A stretch of DNA of 37,720 nucleotides from a virus (lineage: Duplodnaviria; Caudoviricetes). Location of the stretch: the IMG/VR virus record IMGVR_UViG_3300047282_000546, positions 1 to 37,720 of that record. One strand, given 5' to 3'. The position numbers and the translations under genes were made by a program. A model generated the notes under the pieces. It saw only the letters and a list, made by a program, of their open reading frames with translations. It did no database searches and was not told the origin of the DNA. Below, in pieces: positions 24,157 through 32,608 of the stretch (within the stretch, counting starts at the first letter, position 1; each line of letters opens with the position of its first letter).

Positions 24157-24368
24157 GTGCCGCGATCCACTGACCGCTAGATGAGTGCAGGGCGGATGAG
24201 CCACCATCAGATCCCAGCCAAGGTCAAGGATGTGCTCAACGTGGGCCATCCAATGCGGCCCTGGCACTTCAGTGGGCAGCAGGTCGCAGCTCCATGCGTC
24301 ATGGCCGTGAGCGCGAAAGGCATCACGGACCCGGCCGCTGTACTCACAGGCGACTAAGACCCGCATGG

Positions 24369-25046
24369 TCAGAAGGGCCTGAAGCGTGCGGCGTAGAGAT
24401 CGCAGATGTCCAGCCAAGCCTGCAGGCACTCGTCTGCGGTGTGGGTCTGGATCGTGAGGCTGCCGGGGCGTGACCAGATGGTGAGGCAGCGCGAGATCAG
24501 CAGCTTGTAGTGGTCGCCGATCATTTCGACACCGGCACCGAGTTGGGGGCGGGTGTCGTAGGGCCTAGAGGTTTTGGTCTCTTGGGTTTTGAGGTCAGCG
24601 ATGCCGTAGGTGCCGTCAGGGAAACGCAGCACCAGATCGGCGGTGCCGGCGACGTTCCGCCGCAGGCTGTAGGCCATGACTTCAGCGCCGATCACGGTCA
24701 CCCGATCCCAGAGCGGATCGGCAAGCAACGGCTCAATCCAGGCGCTGTAGTCACCAAGGGGCGGTGGAGACAGATCGGCTGGTGGGTTCGGGTTGAAGCG
24801 CTGGTGGGTCATCACCTCCAAGGCCTTGTGGATCGTGTTGCCCCGTGGCTCCCAGATGTGGCGGCTGGCCATGATCGCCTCCATCTGTTGTGGCGTCTTG
24901 GTGACCGCCGAGATCAGGCTCGTGACGGACACGGGGAACTGGTGGCCACTGGTGAGGCAGTACGTCCACGTCTGGCTGTCCCTTGTTAGGCCTAGTGGCT
25001 GCAGCCACGTCGAAGTCGCGGGGGCTGATGGGTTGGACGGCTTCAC
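24369..25046 (-). CDS. PD-(D/E)XK exonuclease (start uncertain)
   Basis: SVTSLI, RGNTIH, E...VAGTADL, IADLKT, QL motifs. Confidence 0.85.
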   Translation of the reverse strand: MKPSNPSAPATSTWLQPLGLTRDSQTWTYCLTSGHQFPVSVTSLISAVTKTPQQMEAIMASRHIWEPRGNTIHKALEVMTHQRFNPNPPADLSPPPLGDYSAWIEPLLADPLWDRVTVIGAEVMAYSLRRNVAGTADLVLRFPDGTYGIADLKTQETKTSRPYDTRPQLGAGVEMIGDHYKLLISRCLTIWSRPGSLTIQTHTADECLQAWLDICDLYAARFRPF

Positions 25047-25248
25047 CGGTGTTGGGATTGCGGAGTGGATTGAAGTAGGGAACTGGGTAGTCGAAGTTGG
25101 GGCCGAAGTATGAAGAGCGGCGAGCTTGCAGGAGCTGGTATTCGTAGTCGGGAGGCGGGATGTCGAGCTGTTCCATCGTCCAGTAGCCGGCATTGATGCC
25201 GCGTTGGAGGATTGCTTGGACGGCTGAGAGATCAAGGAAGCGTTGCAT
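24751..25248 (-). CDS. Hypothetical protein overlapping the exonuclease 5' end
   Basis: MQRFLDLSAVQAILQRGINAGYWTMEQLD; TGATG-coupled to the upstream gene. Confidence 0.55.
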   Translation of the reverse strand: MQRFLDLSAVQAILQRGINAGYWTMEQLDIPPPDYEYQLLQARRSSYFGPNFDYPVPYFNPLRNPNTGEAVQPISPRDFDVAAATRPNKGQPDVDVLPHQWPPVPRVRHEPDLGGHQDATTDGGDHGQPPHLGATGQHDPQGLGGDDPPALQPEPTSRSVSTAPW

Positions 25249-25583
25249 CAGCGCACCCTCCAGATCGGCTGGCGGCGGGCGTGGCTGCGCAGGCTGGTGC
25301 TTTTGCCTAAGCGGCCGGTGTCGATCAGGACGCCAGCCCTGACCAGCTGATTGGTGAGACTGCCCCAAGCGTTGTGGTGATGGGGCACCACACCGGCGTC
25401 TTCGCAGACGCGGCGCATCTCTTCGGCCAGGCACTCGGTGCCTGAGAGGCGCTCAAGGATGACGGCCTTGGCCTGCTCCATGAAGGCGGTGCCGGCATTG
25501 CGTGCAACCGTGGCGATGGCGTGATCCTTGGCAGCCTCGCTAGCGCTAGCCGAGAAGTCAAACAGGGGTCCGTAGGTCACCAT
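25248..25583 (-). CDS. Hypothetical protein (possibly winged helix)
   Basis: PHHHNAWGSL...AGVLIDTG...SHARRQPIWR. Confidence 0.65.
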   Translation of the reverse strand: MVTYGPLFDFSASASEAAKDHAIATVARNAGTAFMEQAKAVILERLSGTECLAEEMRRVCEDAGVVPHHHNAWGSLTNQLVRAGVLIDTGRLGKSTSLRSHARRQPIWRVR

Positions 25584-26068
25584 GTGTCCTCTTGATCCCA
25601 TAGACAGCGATTGCATGGCTCGGTTGGATCTGGGTGCGTTTTCTTGGCGACATCACAAGCAAGTTGCATGTATTGATCAAACTTGTCTTGACCAATACAG
25701 CCAAGTATCAACTGATAAAACACCTTTCGCTTTTGATTTTCATAGGCTTTCAGGAGGGCATCGTGCTTGCTCTCTGCAAGTTCCCCCTTTTTTCTTCTGT
25801 GACGCTCATTGGTGAGCCCTTTATTGAAGACCCTCAAGAAATCAAGCTTCTGCCTAATCTTTACAGACGCTTCTGGGCCATCAGCGGCAACAATAGCCTT
25901 AACCTGGATAATCTCTTTATTGGTTTCAAGAATCAACTCCTTAAGGACTTCCGTCTTTAAGGTTGGTATTTCGCTAAAGAGATAAACGCGCTGTCTCCCC
26001 TTACTCTGGTAAAAGGCCTCGCGACGCACAGTGCTTACTTGGTGAATCGGCTTGCTTAATGTGGTCAC
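25577..26068 (-). CDS. Hypothetical protein, AT-rich
   Basis: 163 aa ORF coupled at both ends; composition differs from neighbours. Confidence 0.65.
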   Translation of the reverse strand: MTTLSKPIHQVSTVRREAFYQSKGRQRVYLFSEIPTLKTEVLKELILETNKEIIQVKAIVAADGPEASVKIRQKLDFLRVFNKGLTNERHRRKKGELAESKHDALLKAYENQKRKVFYQLILGCIGQDKFDQYMQLACDVAKKTHPDPTEPCNRCLWDQEDTW

Positions 26069-26460
26069 CAGCGCACCTCCTGCAGCAGCGGATTGGTCAC
26101 CGCAGGCTCCGGCGGCAGCACCAGCTGCCCTGGCACCGGCTGCGGGTTGAAGCGATCAGGGTTGGCCATGCGCTCGGGCAGGTCAGCCTTGAGGCCCCAC
26201 GAGACGTTGGCGCGGCCGTTCTCGTTGCGGAACACGTAGTTGAGCAGCTGCATCGGCAGCGGCAGATCTTCCATCGGATCAGGATCGAGCAGTCGCTGCG
26301 CAGCCGCATACATCCAGATCTCAGGCGTGAGGTCTTGCTTGGCCTTGGCCGGGAAGGTGGCCCACATCAAGGCATAGGTGGCCTCGCCGAGCCGCTTGCC
26401 GCGTGGCAGGGCCTCCTGCAGGGCGTTCAGGGTGGAGATGAAGTGCTCAAGCTGCAGCAC
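26065..26460 (-). CDS. Putative replication accessory (helicase loader/inhibitor-like) protein
   Basis: Helical 131 aa ORF immediately after the initiator-like gene; positional inference. Confidence 0.4.
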   Translation of the reverse strand: MLQLEHFISTLNALQEALPRGKRLGEATYALMWATFPAKAKQDLTPEIWMYAAAQRLLDPDPMEDLPLPMQLLNYVFRNENGRANVSWGLKADLPERMANPDRFNPQPVPGQLVLPPEPAVTNPLLQEVRW

Positions 26461-27115
26461 GGCGCTCCTCCATGGCTCGGATGTTGCGGATGGCAGCGGC
26501 CGCGATCTGCTCGTTGACCGTCAAAGGCGTGCCGGTAGCTGAGAGCGCGAAGCCCTGCTGCACAGGCTTGGCTGTAGGCGGTTCAAACACGTCGCCCCAG
26601 CCGCTGGCGATGGCACGCTCTAGGGCTTCACGCCGCTGCTCTGGCGTCCATTGGCGGAGCTTGTTGCAGACGCGGTTCCAGACGCCTTCGGAGCGGGTGC
26701 CTTTCTTGACCGCCCAGAACTCGGGCAGCAGTTGCTGGCAGTCGAGCAGATCGGCTGGCACCAGATCTGGATTGATCGCCTTCACCCCATACGCATCCTT
26801 CGCACGCGCTTTGTTTTTTTTGGGTTCAAGGGCTTGGTCAATGTCCGGTTGGACAGCCTCAACAGCCTCTTGAGCCAAGGCAGCTGAGGCAGAGCGTCCT
26901 AGCTCTGCGTCTGAAGCCGTAACAGTCAGAAACCCGTTGGACTGGGGGGTTCCCGCACCGACACGGTACGCGGGTAGGTTACTAGCGCTGTCAAGCCCTA
27001 GTAATTGCTGCTCCAACAGATAGGCGCAGAAGGCTGGCAGTGACAGGCTTTTGGGCTTTTGCCTCAAGATGTCGTCGTGCAGCTCAGGCGGTAATCGCAG
27101 CTCTAAGCGTGGCAT
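26447..27115 (-). CDS. Putative replication initiator with N-terminal RHH domain
   Basis: MPRLELRLPPELHDDI Arc-like start; C-terminal ALERAIASGWGDVFEP seen in phage initiators. Confidence 0.55.
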   Translation of the reverse strand: MPRLELRLPPELHDDILRQKPKSLSLPAFCAYLLEQQLLGLDSASNLPAYRVGAGTPQSNGFLTVTASDAELGRSASAALAQEAVEAVQPDIDQALEPKKNKARAKDAYGVKAINPDLVPADLLDCQQLLPEFWAVKKGTRSEGVWNRVCNKLRQWTPEQRREALERAIASGWGDVFEPPTAKPVQQGFALSATGTPLTVNEQIAAAAIRNIRAMEERRAAA

Positions 27116-27259
27116 CGGGGTTTGCTGGTGATTGCCGTTGATCTGCCGGTTATTCCCGGCGGCAGCAGGCTAGCGCCGGCTAGCCGCAAATCAACAGCAT
27201 CCTTGCCCTAGTCACCTAGTCCCTTGCGACCCGCTGCAGGACTGGTGCAAACGCGCATG

Positions 27260-27279
27260 AAAAAAGCCCCTTGCGGGGC
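27260..27279 (-). terminator. Rho-independent terminator
   Basis: GCCCC-GCAA-GGGGC-TTTTTT just after the stop at 27286. Confidence 0.85.
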
Positions 27280-27285
27280 CGTGGG

Positions 27286-27489
27286 TTACGCAGCTTGGCC
27301 AGGCCATCGCTTCTTGATCGGTGGTTCCTGCATGCCGCCTAGGGCCACCTCCAAGAGGTGCGCGGCGAGGTTGCTGGTGGATCGCCCCTGCTCATCGCTG
27401 ATGTTCAGCAGGTGCTCGGCGACGGCGTAGGACACGGTGATGGTGATGCGCTTCGGCCGGCGCGACACCATGGAGAGGTTTGCGGTCAT
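27286..27489 (-). CDS. Ribbon-helix-helix regulator
   Basis: KRITITVSYAVAEHLLNISDEQGRSTSNLAAHLLE is a clear RHH pattern; has its own terminator. Confidence 0.85.
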   Translation of the reverse strand: MTANLSMVSRRPKRITITVSYAVAEHLLNISDEQGRSTSNLAAHLLEVALGGMQEPPIKKRWPGQAA

Positions 27490-27565
27490 GGTCGGAATTG
27501 GCAATCGCTAGCCGTCGCATTGCGGGACTAGCGCGTACCCGAACAATAAACTGCGCTAGCGGGAA

Positions 27566-27838
27566 TTAGTCGACCCGCTGCAGATCTGCTGCTTCACCCA
27601 CCAGTTCCCTCGCGTCCTCTAACGCCACAAAGGCTTGATCCAGATGCCAGCGGAACCGCGTCAGCGGTTCGCTCAGCACCGCCGGCAGGTCATAGAACGC
27701 TTGCGCTTCGCTAAGGCATAGGGCAGCCTCACGGACCCCGGCTCCGAGGTTCTCGTAGGCAGCTCCCTGGCTGCTGAGCAGCTCCAGGAGGGTGCTGCGC
27801 GTGATCGGCTGGGCGGTCAGCTCAGAGAGTGCAGTCAT
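27566..27838 (-). CDS. Hypothetical protein divergent from the integrase
   Basis: 90 aa helical acidic ORF; alternative start 27901. Confidence 0.55.
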   Translation of the reverse strand: MTALSELTAQPITRSTLLELLSSQGAAYENLGAGVREAALCLSEAQAFYDLPAVLSEPLTRFRWHLDQAFVALEDARELVGEAADLQRVD

Positions 27839-27927
27839 CGTGCGGCTTTTCGGCTGTGGTTCCTGACGTAGCAGCTCTGGCGCGGCTAGGTCAGTAGCCA
27901 CACACTAGCCCGAAGCGAAGCCTAAAA

Positions 27928-29349
27928 ATGACGACGGCCATCTACGCCCGCGTCAGCACCGAGTCCGAGGATCAAGCCCACGCCCTTGAGCAGCAGCTCC
28001 ACCGGCTTCGCGCTCGTGCAGCGGACCTTGGCGAACCTGTGGCTGAGTTCATTGACGTCGCCTCAGGCACGCGTGACGACAGGCCTCAGCTGAAGCGCCT
28101 GCTCGAAGCGTGTGCCGATGGCTTGCTCACCACGGTCTTATGCACGCGCTTGGATCGCATGAGTCGATCCACGGTGCATGGGGGGAAGCTGATGCGCCTC
28201 TTCACCCAACCCGACTGGCCCAACTTGATCTGCCTCGATCAGCCCATTGATCTGGCTTCAGCGGCAGGGCGGTTCTACGCCAACATGCTCATGGGCATGG
28301 CCCAGATGGAATCTGAGCTAATTGGTGAGCGAGTACATCACGGGCAGATGTATGCCCGCAACAAGCTAAAACCCCAAGCCGGCAAGCCACCCTTTGGCTA
28401 TCTGTACAACACCGATAAAACCAACTATGTCATCAACGCAGAACAGCTGCCTATTGCCAAGCAAATTGTTCAGAAGTTGATCGAAACCGGGAGCATCCGA
28501 GACACGTTTGATTTCCAAATGCAGCAATGCGGCCGCCCGTTTCGCAGCTTGGAGGGTTTGCGGCGTTGGCTAATGAATCCAGCGATTGCTGGACATCGCG
28601 TCTATGGCACCTGCCGCTGGGAAATGGATGCCGATGGCAACAAGAGGCGGTTGATCAACAAGCCCGGCCAAGTTGACGAGATCCATCCCAACGCACATCC
28701 AGCGCTAATCAGTGCGCAGGAAGAGGAGGAGGTCCATCAGGTCATTGAATCGCTGAAACAGCGAAGCCTTGGACCAATTCGCAAGCGGCGGCACAGATTG
28801 CTAACAGGCTTGGTGCGCTGCGGTCATTGCGGTGGACGGATGCATTACCACGTCCCTCGGAGCGGCCAAACCTACGTGCGTTGCACGCATGAGACCTGTC
28901 CAGTTAGGCCTCATCGCGTTTTGAGAGAACAGGAGGTAATTGATGCCGCGATTCAAAAGCTGTATGAACGCCGTGAGCTGCTGGCCTACAACTCAGTGGT
29001 GGAGGAGTTGCGCTTGAAGCAACAGCTCAGCCCCGAGATCAAGCGGTTGCAGACTCAGATTCGCGACTTGAAGCTGCTGAATGACCCGGATTTGCTGGGC
29101 GTCATCACGCAAAAACAACAGCGCCTCACTGCTCTGCTGCAGGGATGCATGAACAACGGCGCAAGTCGGTGGAGCGTTGAGGAGGCAATGACCGCATTGG
29201 ACCAACCTGAGCTTTGGAACGATCTGACCAGGACACCCGAGCATCTCAGGAGCCTGCTTTCGCAATGGGTGGAGGAGATCGTGATCACGGACGGGGCAGT
29301 GAGCTGTGTACGACTACGTGCCGGCGAGCAGCCGACTAGCTCCTCCTAG
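27928..29349 (+). CDS. int: Large serine recombinase (integrase)
   Basis: AIYARVST catalytic Ser, SG..DDRPQL, RLDRMSR, PPFGY, LLTGLVRCGHCG zinc ribbon, coiled coil. Confidence 0.95.
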   Translation: MTTAIYARVSTESEDQAHALEQQLHRLRARAADLGEPVAEFIDVASGTRDDRPQLKRLLEACADGLLTTVLCTRLDRMSRSTVHGGKLMRLFTQPDWPNLICLDQPIDLASAAGRFYANMLMGMAQMESELIGERVHHGQMYARNKLKPQAGKPPFGYLYNTDKTNYVINAEQLPIAKQIVQKLIETGSIRDTFDFQMQQCGRPFRSLEGLRRWLMNPAIAGHRVYGTCRWEMDADGNKRRLINKPGQVDEIHPNAHPALISAQEEEEVHQVIESLKQRSLGPIRKRRHRLLTGLVRCGHCGGRMHYHVPRSGQTYVRCTHETCPVRPHRVLREQEVIDAAIQKLYERRELLAYNSVVEELRLKQQLSPEIKRLQTQIRDLKLLNDPDLLGVITQKQQRLTALLQGCMNNGASRWSVEEAMTALDQPELWNDLTRTPEHLRSLLSQWVEEIVITDGAVSCVRLRAGEQPTSSS

Positions 29350-29380
29350 GGTTAGGCTAGCCGCTAGCGAACCCCGGGCA

Positions 29381-30043
29381 ATGAATCAAGACCGCTACGA
29401 GCACCCGCCCCTAGCCAGTCGTCAACGCTTTGGCCGCACGCTCACGGCGTGGTGCAACCGCAACGGCTGGATCCACAGCACCCTGCATGAGTGGGGTGAG
29501 CAAGCGCGCTTTCCAGCGGTACGGGACAGCACGTTTAACAAGCTGCAGAACGCCAAGACAGATCAACCTCTACCGCTCACGTTCATTCAGCTGGCCATTG
29601 CCAACGCCCGGGTCGCCGATGGCGACTACAGCGGCGTCACCGACCGCCGCCTGAAGGATCGGCTGGTGGATTCGCAGGCGATCTGCGACGAGCACGGCAC
29701 CCCCTGGCGAGCCACGGAGTTCTTCTCTCACTTCATCGGTGAGCTAGATGCGCCGGATTGGCTGCAGCAGCCCAAGCCCCTATCCGCTGAAGAAGCGCAG
29801 ACCTTGAGCCGTCAGCACCAAGAGAAGTTCGCCGCCATCGCCGAAGCCAAGGGGCTCAGTCCCGCTGTGGCGTGGAAGCAGCTGGAGCAGCAATGCCAAA
29901 GCATGAACAGCACGCAGCGCGACCTGCTGCGCAACGTGCTGAGCGGCTGGCATGAGTGGATGCCGGCGGAGTGGGAGTCGATCTGCCTGAACGGCTCCGA
30001 CCCGGTTGCCAACGCGCTAGCGACGTGGGAGAAAAGCGCTTGA
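29381..30043 (+). CDS. Putative repressor-like HTH protein
   Basis: FGRTLTAWCNRNGWIHSTL...STFNKLQNAKTDQP resembles an XRE fold; follows int. Confidence 0.55.
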   Translation: MNQDRYEHPPLASRQRFGRTLTAWCNRNGWIHSTLHEWGEQARFPAVRDSTFNKLQNAKTDQPLPLTFIQLAIANARVADGDYSGVTDRRLKDRLVDSQAICDEHGTPWRATEFFSHFIGELDAPDWLQQPKPLSAEEAQTLSRQHQEKFAAIAEAKGLSPAVAWKQLEQQCQSMNSTQRDLLRNVLSGWHEWMPAEWESICLNGSDPVANALATWEKSA

Positions 30044-30068
30044 CCGCTAGCGAAGGCTAGCCTAGGAT
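30040..30068 (+). promoter_or_regulatory. Sigma70-type early promoter with paired GCTAGC boxes in the spacer
   Basis: TTGACC-gctagcgaaggctagcc(17)-TAGGAT. Confidence 0.82.
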
Positions 30069-30111
30069 GCAGGGGTGCTGCAGCGACGCGGCACCCGATA
30101 CCTCCGCATCC

Positions 30112-30810
30112 ATGACCGATTTCCCGCAGCTTGGTGGGGTCATCTCTCCTGATGACATCTCCACCAAGGGCAGCGGCTCCTATGCCGCTGACTATGTGAA
30201 CTGGGCGAAGATTGCCCACCTGCTCCACGTCCACGCCCCCGGCTGGCAGTTCCAACTCAGCAGCGCCCCCGATGGCGGCCATGTCTGGAAAGCCCCGGAT
30301 GGCAGCGGCTATGTCGTCGGCTACTTCGCCAACGGCGATCTGATCACGCCCGACTTCCCGCAGGCGTGCATGGACAACCGCAACAACCCGATCCCGTTTG
30401 AGCGGATCACAGCGCGGACGCTGACCGACACGCACCGCCGCTGCCTCTGCACCGCTGCGGCCTTCACCTTTGGCCTCGGCTATGAGCTGTGGGCGCGGGT
30501 GGAGGTGGAGAACCCGATGCGCGACGACGACGCGCAGCCTGCAATGGCTAGCGCTAGCAAGCCACCAGCCGCCAAGGTGACGCCGGCAAAGAAGGCACCC
30601 AGCTCCCCCAACCCAGATCGGCTCAGCGCGGCTGAGATCCAAGAGCTGGTGGAGGCTGTGCTCAAGGTGTCCGATGAGCGCCGCAAGCAGATCGTGCTGG
30701 CGTTCCAAGAGCGCTTCAGCCTGCCGGCCGACAAGAAGGCCGCCGACTACATCAAGACCGCCGCGCACCGCGACTTCCTGATGGAGCAGCTCCATGCCGC
30801 CGTCGCCTGA
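30112..30810 (+). CDS. Sak3/DUF1071-like single-strand annealing protein
   Basis: DYVNWA, MDNRNNPI, RRCLC.AAA..FGLGYELW motifs. Confidence 0.75.
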   Translation: MTDFPQLGGVISPDDISTKGSGSYAADYVNWAKIAHLLHVHAPGWQFQLSSAPDGGHVWKAPDGSGYVVGYFANGDLITPDFPQACMDNRNNPIPFERITARTLTDTHRRCLCTAAAFTFGLGYELWARVEVENPMRDDDAQPAMASASKPPAAKVTPAKKAPSSPNPDRLSAAEIQELVEAVLKVSDERRKQIVLAFQERFSLPADKKAADYIKTAAHRDFLMEQLHAAVA

Positions 30811-31027
30811 TGAGCACATCCGACTTGCTCACGCGCATGTATGCGATGCCATCCGAGGCATTGAATCGACAGCAGCAGATGCTTATGCAGAAGCTGCATA
30901 CAACGCTCGCCTCACCTATTTCGGCAACCACTGCGCGAAGCGGGCGCTCCTCCAGCGCATCCGCGCTGATCTCAAGCTCTTGCAGCGATCCGTATCTGCA
31001 CCGGGTGTATTGGCTGCTGAGGAATAG
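30794..31027 (+). CDS. Hypothetical protein
   Basis: 77 aa ORF overlapping the SSAP stop; competes with 30810..31253. Confidence 0.4.
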   Translation: MPPSPDEHIRLAHAHVCDAIRGIESTAADAYAEAAYNARLTYFGNHCAKRALLQRIRADLKLLQRSVSAPGVLAAEE

Positions 31028-31253
31028 GGACGGCGCTTACCTTGCTGCACTTTGCGGCAATGCGCTGCAGTGGGTGCAATCAGCCAATGCCGTGCCGGTG
31101 GAATGCCGCTTTTGCACCTATCAGCGCGTGAAGTCGTACTGGCTTCAACTACGCGAGTGGGCGGCATTAGAGGATGAGGGGTTATCCATTGCACCCGTTG
31201 ATTTCTATGCCCACCGCTCAACGCCTTACCTCTGGTGCGCTTGCGATGACTAG
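30810..31253 (+). CDS. Hypothetical protein (start uncertain)
   Basis: C-terminal half (YWLLRNRDGAYLA...) looks coding; coupled to the next gene. Confidence 0.5.
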   Translation: MSTSDLLTRMYAMPSEALNRQQQMLMQKLHTTLASPISATTARSGRSSSASALISSSCSDPYLHRVYWLLRNRDGAYLAALCGNALQWVQSANAVPVECRFCTYQRVKSYWLQLREWAALEDEGLSIAPVDFYAHRSTPYLWCACDD

Positions 31254-31449
31254 CACTAGCAAAGGCAAGCCCGCTCCCAGGCGGCGCTACGGGCGCAGCA
31301 CCAAAAGCGTGGCTGTCTGCGCCCACCTCTGGCCCGACGTGATGGAACTGATTCGCCAGCACGCCGACGAGCACCAGCTCACCCCTAGCGGCGCGGTGCA
31401 TGACGCCCTGCGCCGTTACTTCAACCTTCCCTCCTTGACTGATGCCTGA
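31246..31449 (+). CDS. Ribbon-helix-helix-like protein
   Basis: VAVCAHLWPDVMELIRQHADEHQLTPSGAVHDALRRYF. Confidence 0.6.
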   Translation: MTSTSKGKPAPRRRYGRSTKSVAVCAHLWPDVMELIRQHADEHQLTPSGAVHDALRRYFNLPSLTDA

Positions 31450-31729
31450 CTTCGCACCTGACGCCTTCACTCTTTGGTTCACTTGCAACCAAGACAAGAA
31501 AACAGAAGGCGCCTACTGGGCTTCTTCAGAAGTGCCAGTGGATGAGATTGAGAAGCTCTACAACTGGGCGCTAACGCAAAACCCGGTGGCCAACGACAAG
31601 GGCCAGCCCTGCGTGCAGCTGCGGGCCAATCTGCGCCCCCGCACCAGCAAAGCGGGCAATGAGTATCTGCTGCTGGCGGTGAGCGATCAAAAGGCCAAGG
31701 CTGATTCACCCGCAGCGATGCCGTTCTGA
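31442..31729 (+). CDS. Putative single-stranded DNA-binding protein
   Basis: TSKAGNEYL motif and C-terminal PF; in the recombination operon. Confidence 0.55.
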   Translation: MPDFAPDAFTLWFTCNQDKKTEGAYWASSEVPVDEIEKLYNWALTQNPVANDKGQPCVQLRANLRPRTSKAGNEYLLLAVSDQKAKADSPAAMPF

Positions 31730-31893
31730 TGAATCCCGATTGCAATCCCGTGGAGCAGCAGGCTGTCCAAGACCGCCTAGAGGCTGCCTACCAAGCCAGC
31801 GGCCGCGATCAGCTGCCTGATGGCAACCCGCTCAAGTCCACCTACACCGGTCTGCTCACCAAAACCGATGACGACAACGCATCAGCCGCTTGA
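31729..31893 (+). CDS. Small hypothetical protein (54 aa), absent from the ORF track
   Basis: MNPDCNPVEQQAVQDRLEAAYQASGR...STYTGL; TGATG-coupled. Confidence 0.65.
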   Translation: MNPDCNPVEQQAVQDRLEAAYQASGRDQLPDGNPLKSTYTGLLTKTDDDNASAA

Positions 31894-32023
31894 AGATCTG
31901 CTTGCTGAGTGGTGGCGCGACAGCTACCCCCACGCCTCACCGATTAACAACCAAACCGCCAGCTTGATCGTGGCCTTTGCCGCTTGGGTGCTGGCCCGTA
32001 GGGCACGGGAGGCAGCGGAGTGA
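31868..32023 (+). CDS. Small hypothetical protein
   Basis: EWWRDSYPHASPIN...AFAAWV; GTGA-coupled to dcd. Confidence 0.65.
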   Translation: MTTTHQPLEDLLAEWWRDSYPHASPINNQTASLIVAFAAWVLARRAREAAE

Positions 32024-32601
32024 TCAAGGCCGACCACTGGATCCGCGAGCGTGCCGCCAGCGGCATGATCCAGCCCTTTGAGCCCACCCTGATCCGGCAG
32101 ATCGCTAGCCACAAGGTGCTCAGCTACGGCTGCAGCTCCTACGGCTACGACATCCGCCTCTCACCAGCGGATTTCCGCGTGTTCCAGCATGTGCCGGGCA
32201 CGATCATGGACCCCAAGGCGTTCAACCCCGACAACCTGCGCAACGTCGAGCTGAAGAGCGACGAGCGCGGTCGCTACTTCGTGCTGCCGGCCCATAGCTA
32301 CGGCTTGGGTGTGGCCTACGAAAAGCTCAGCGTGCCGGAGAACGTCACGGTGATCTGCCTGGGCAAGTCCACCTATGCCCGGATGGGGGTGATCGCGAAC
32401 ATGACCCCAGCGGAAGCGGGCTGGCGCGGGCACCTCACCTTGGAGTTCTCCAACTCCAGCGGTGCCGACTGCCGCATCTATGCCAACGAGGGCATCTGCC
32501 AGCTGCTGTTCTTTGAAGGTGAACCCTGTGAGGTCACCTATGAGAAACGCTCCGGCAAATACCAAGACCAGGAGCACACCGTGACCTTGGCCACGGTCTA
32601 A
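32020..32601 (+). CDS. dcd: dCTP deaminase
   Basis: SYGCSSYGYDIRL, GKSTYARMG, TPAEAGWRGHLTLE, YANEGICQ, KYQDQ. Confidence 0.96.
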   Translation: MIKADHWIRERAASGMIQPFEPTLIRQIASHKVLSYGCSSYGYDIRLSPADFRVFQHVPGTIMDPKAFNPDNLRNVELKSDERGRYFVLPAHSYGLGVAYEKLSVPENVTVICLGKSTYARMGVIANMTPAEAGWRGHLTLEFSNSSGADCRIYANEGICQLLFFEGEPCEVTYEKRSGKYQDQEHTVTLATV

Positions 32602-32608
32602 TTGAAGA

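Larger units (their letters stand above)
23607..24366 (-). pseudogene. C5 cytosine DNA methyltransferase interrupted by a 160-nt insertion (halves 24366-24157 and 23996-23607)
   Basis: 5' half MRVLVACEYSG...SCDL...AHPPCT..SGSRH; 3' half FHRKQREQAEALAF...IENPV...KATCLW...RSRTY; removing 23997-24156 restores one 199-aa frame. Confidence 0.85.

Noticed and set aside
26965-26994. TTGACA plus GCTAGT inside the initiator gene as a promoter
   Set aside because: No acceptable -10 at 16-18 bp spacing
30067-30111. Upstream ATG for the SSAP
   Set aside because: Overlaps the -10 box; ATG 30112 fits better
29812-30819. 335-aa minus-strand ORF
   Set aside because: Antisense shadow of the HTH and SSAP genes in GC-rich DNA; no motifs
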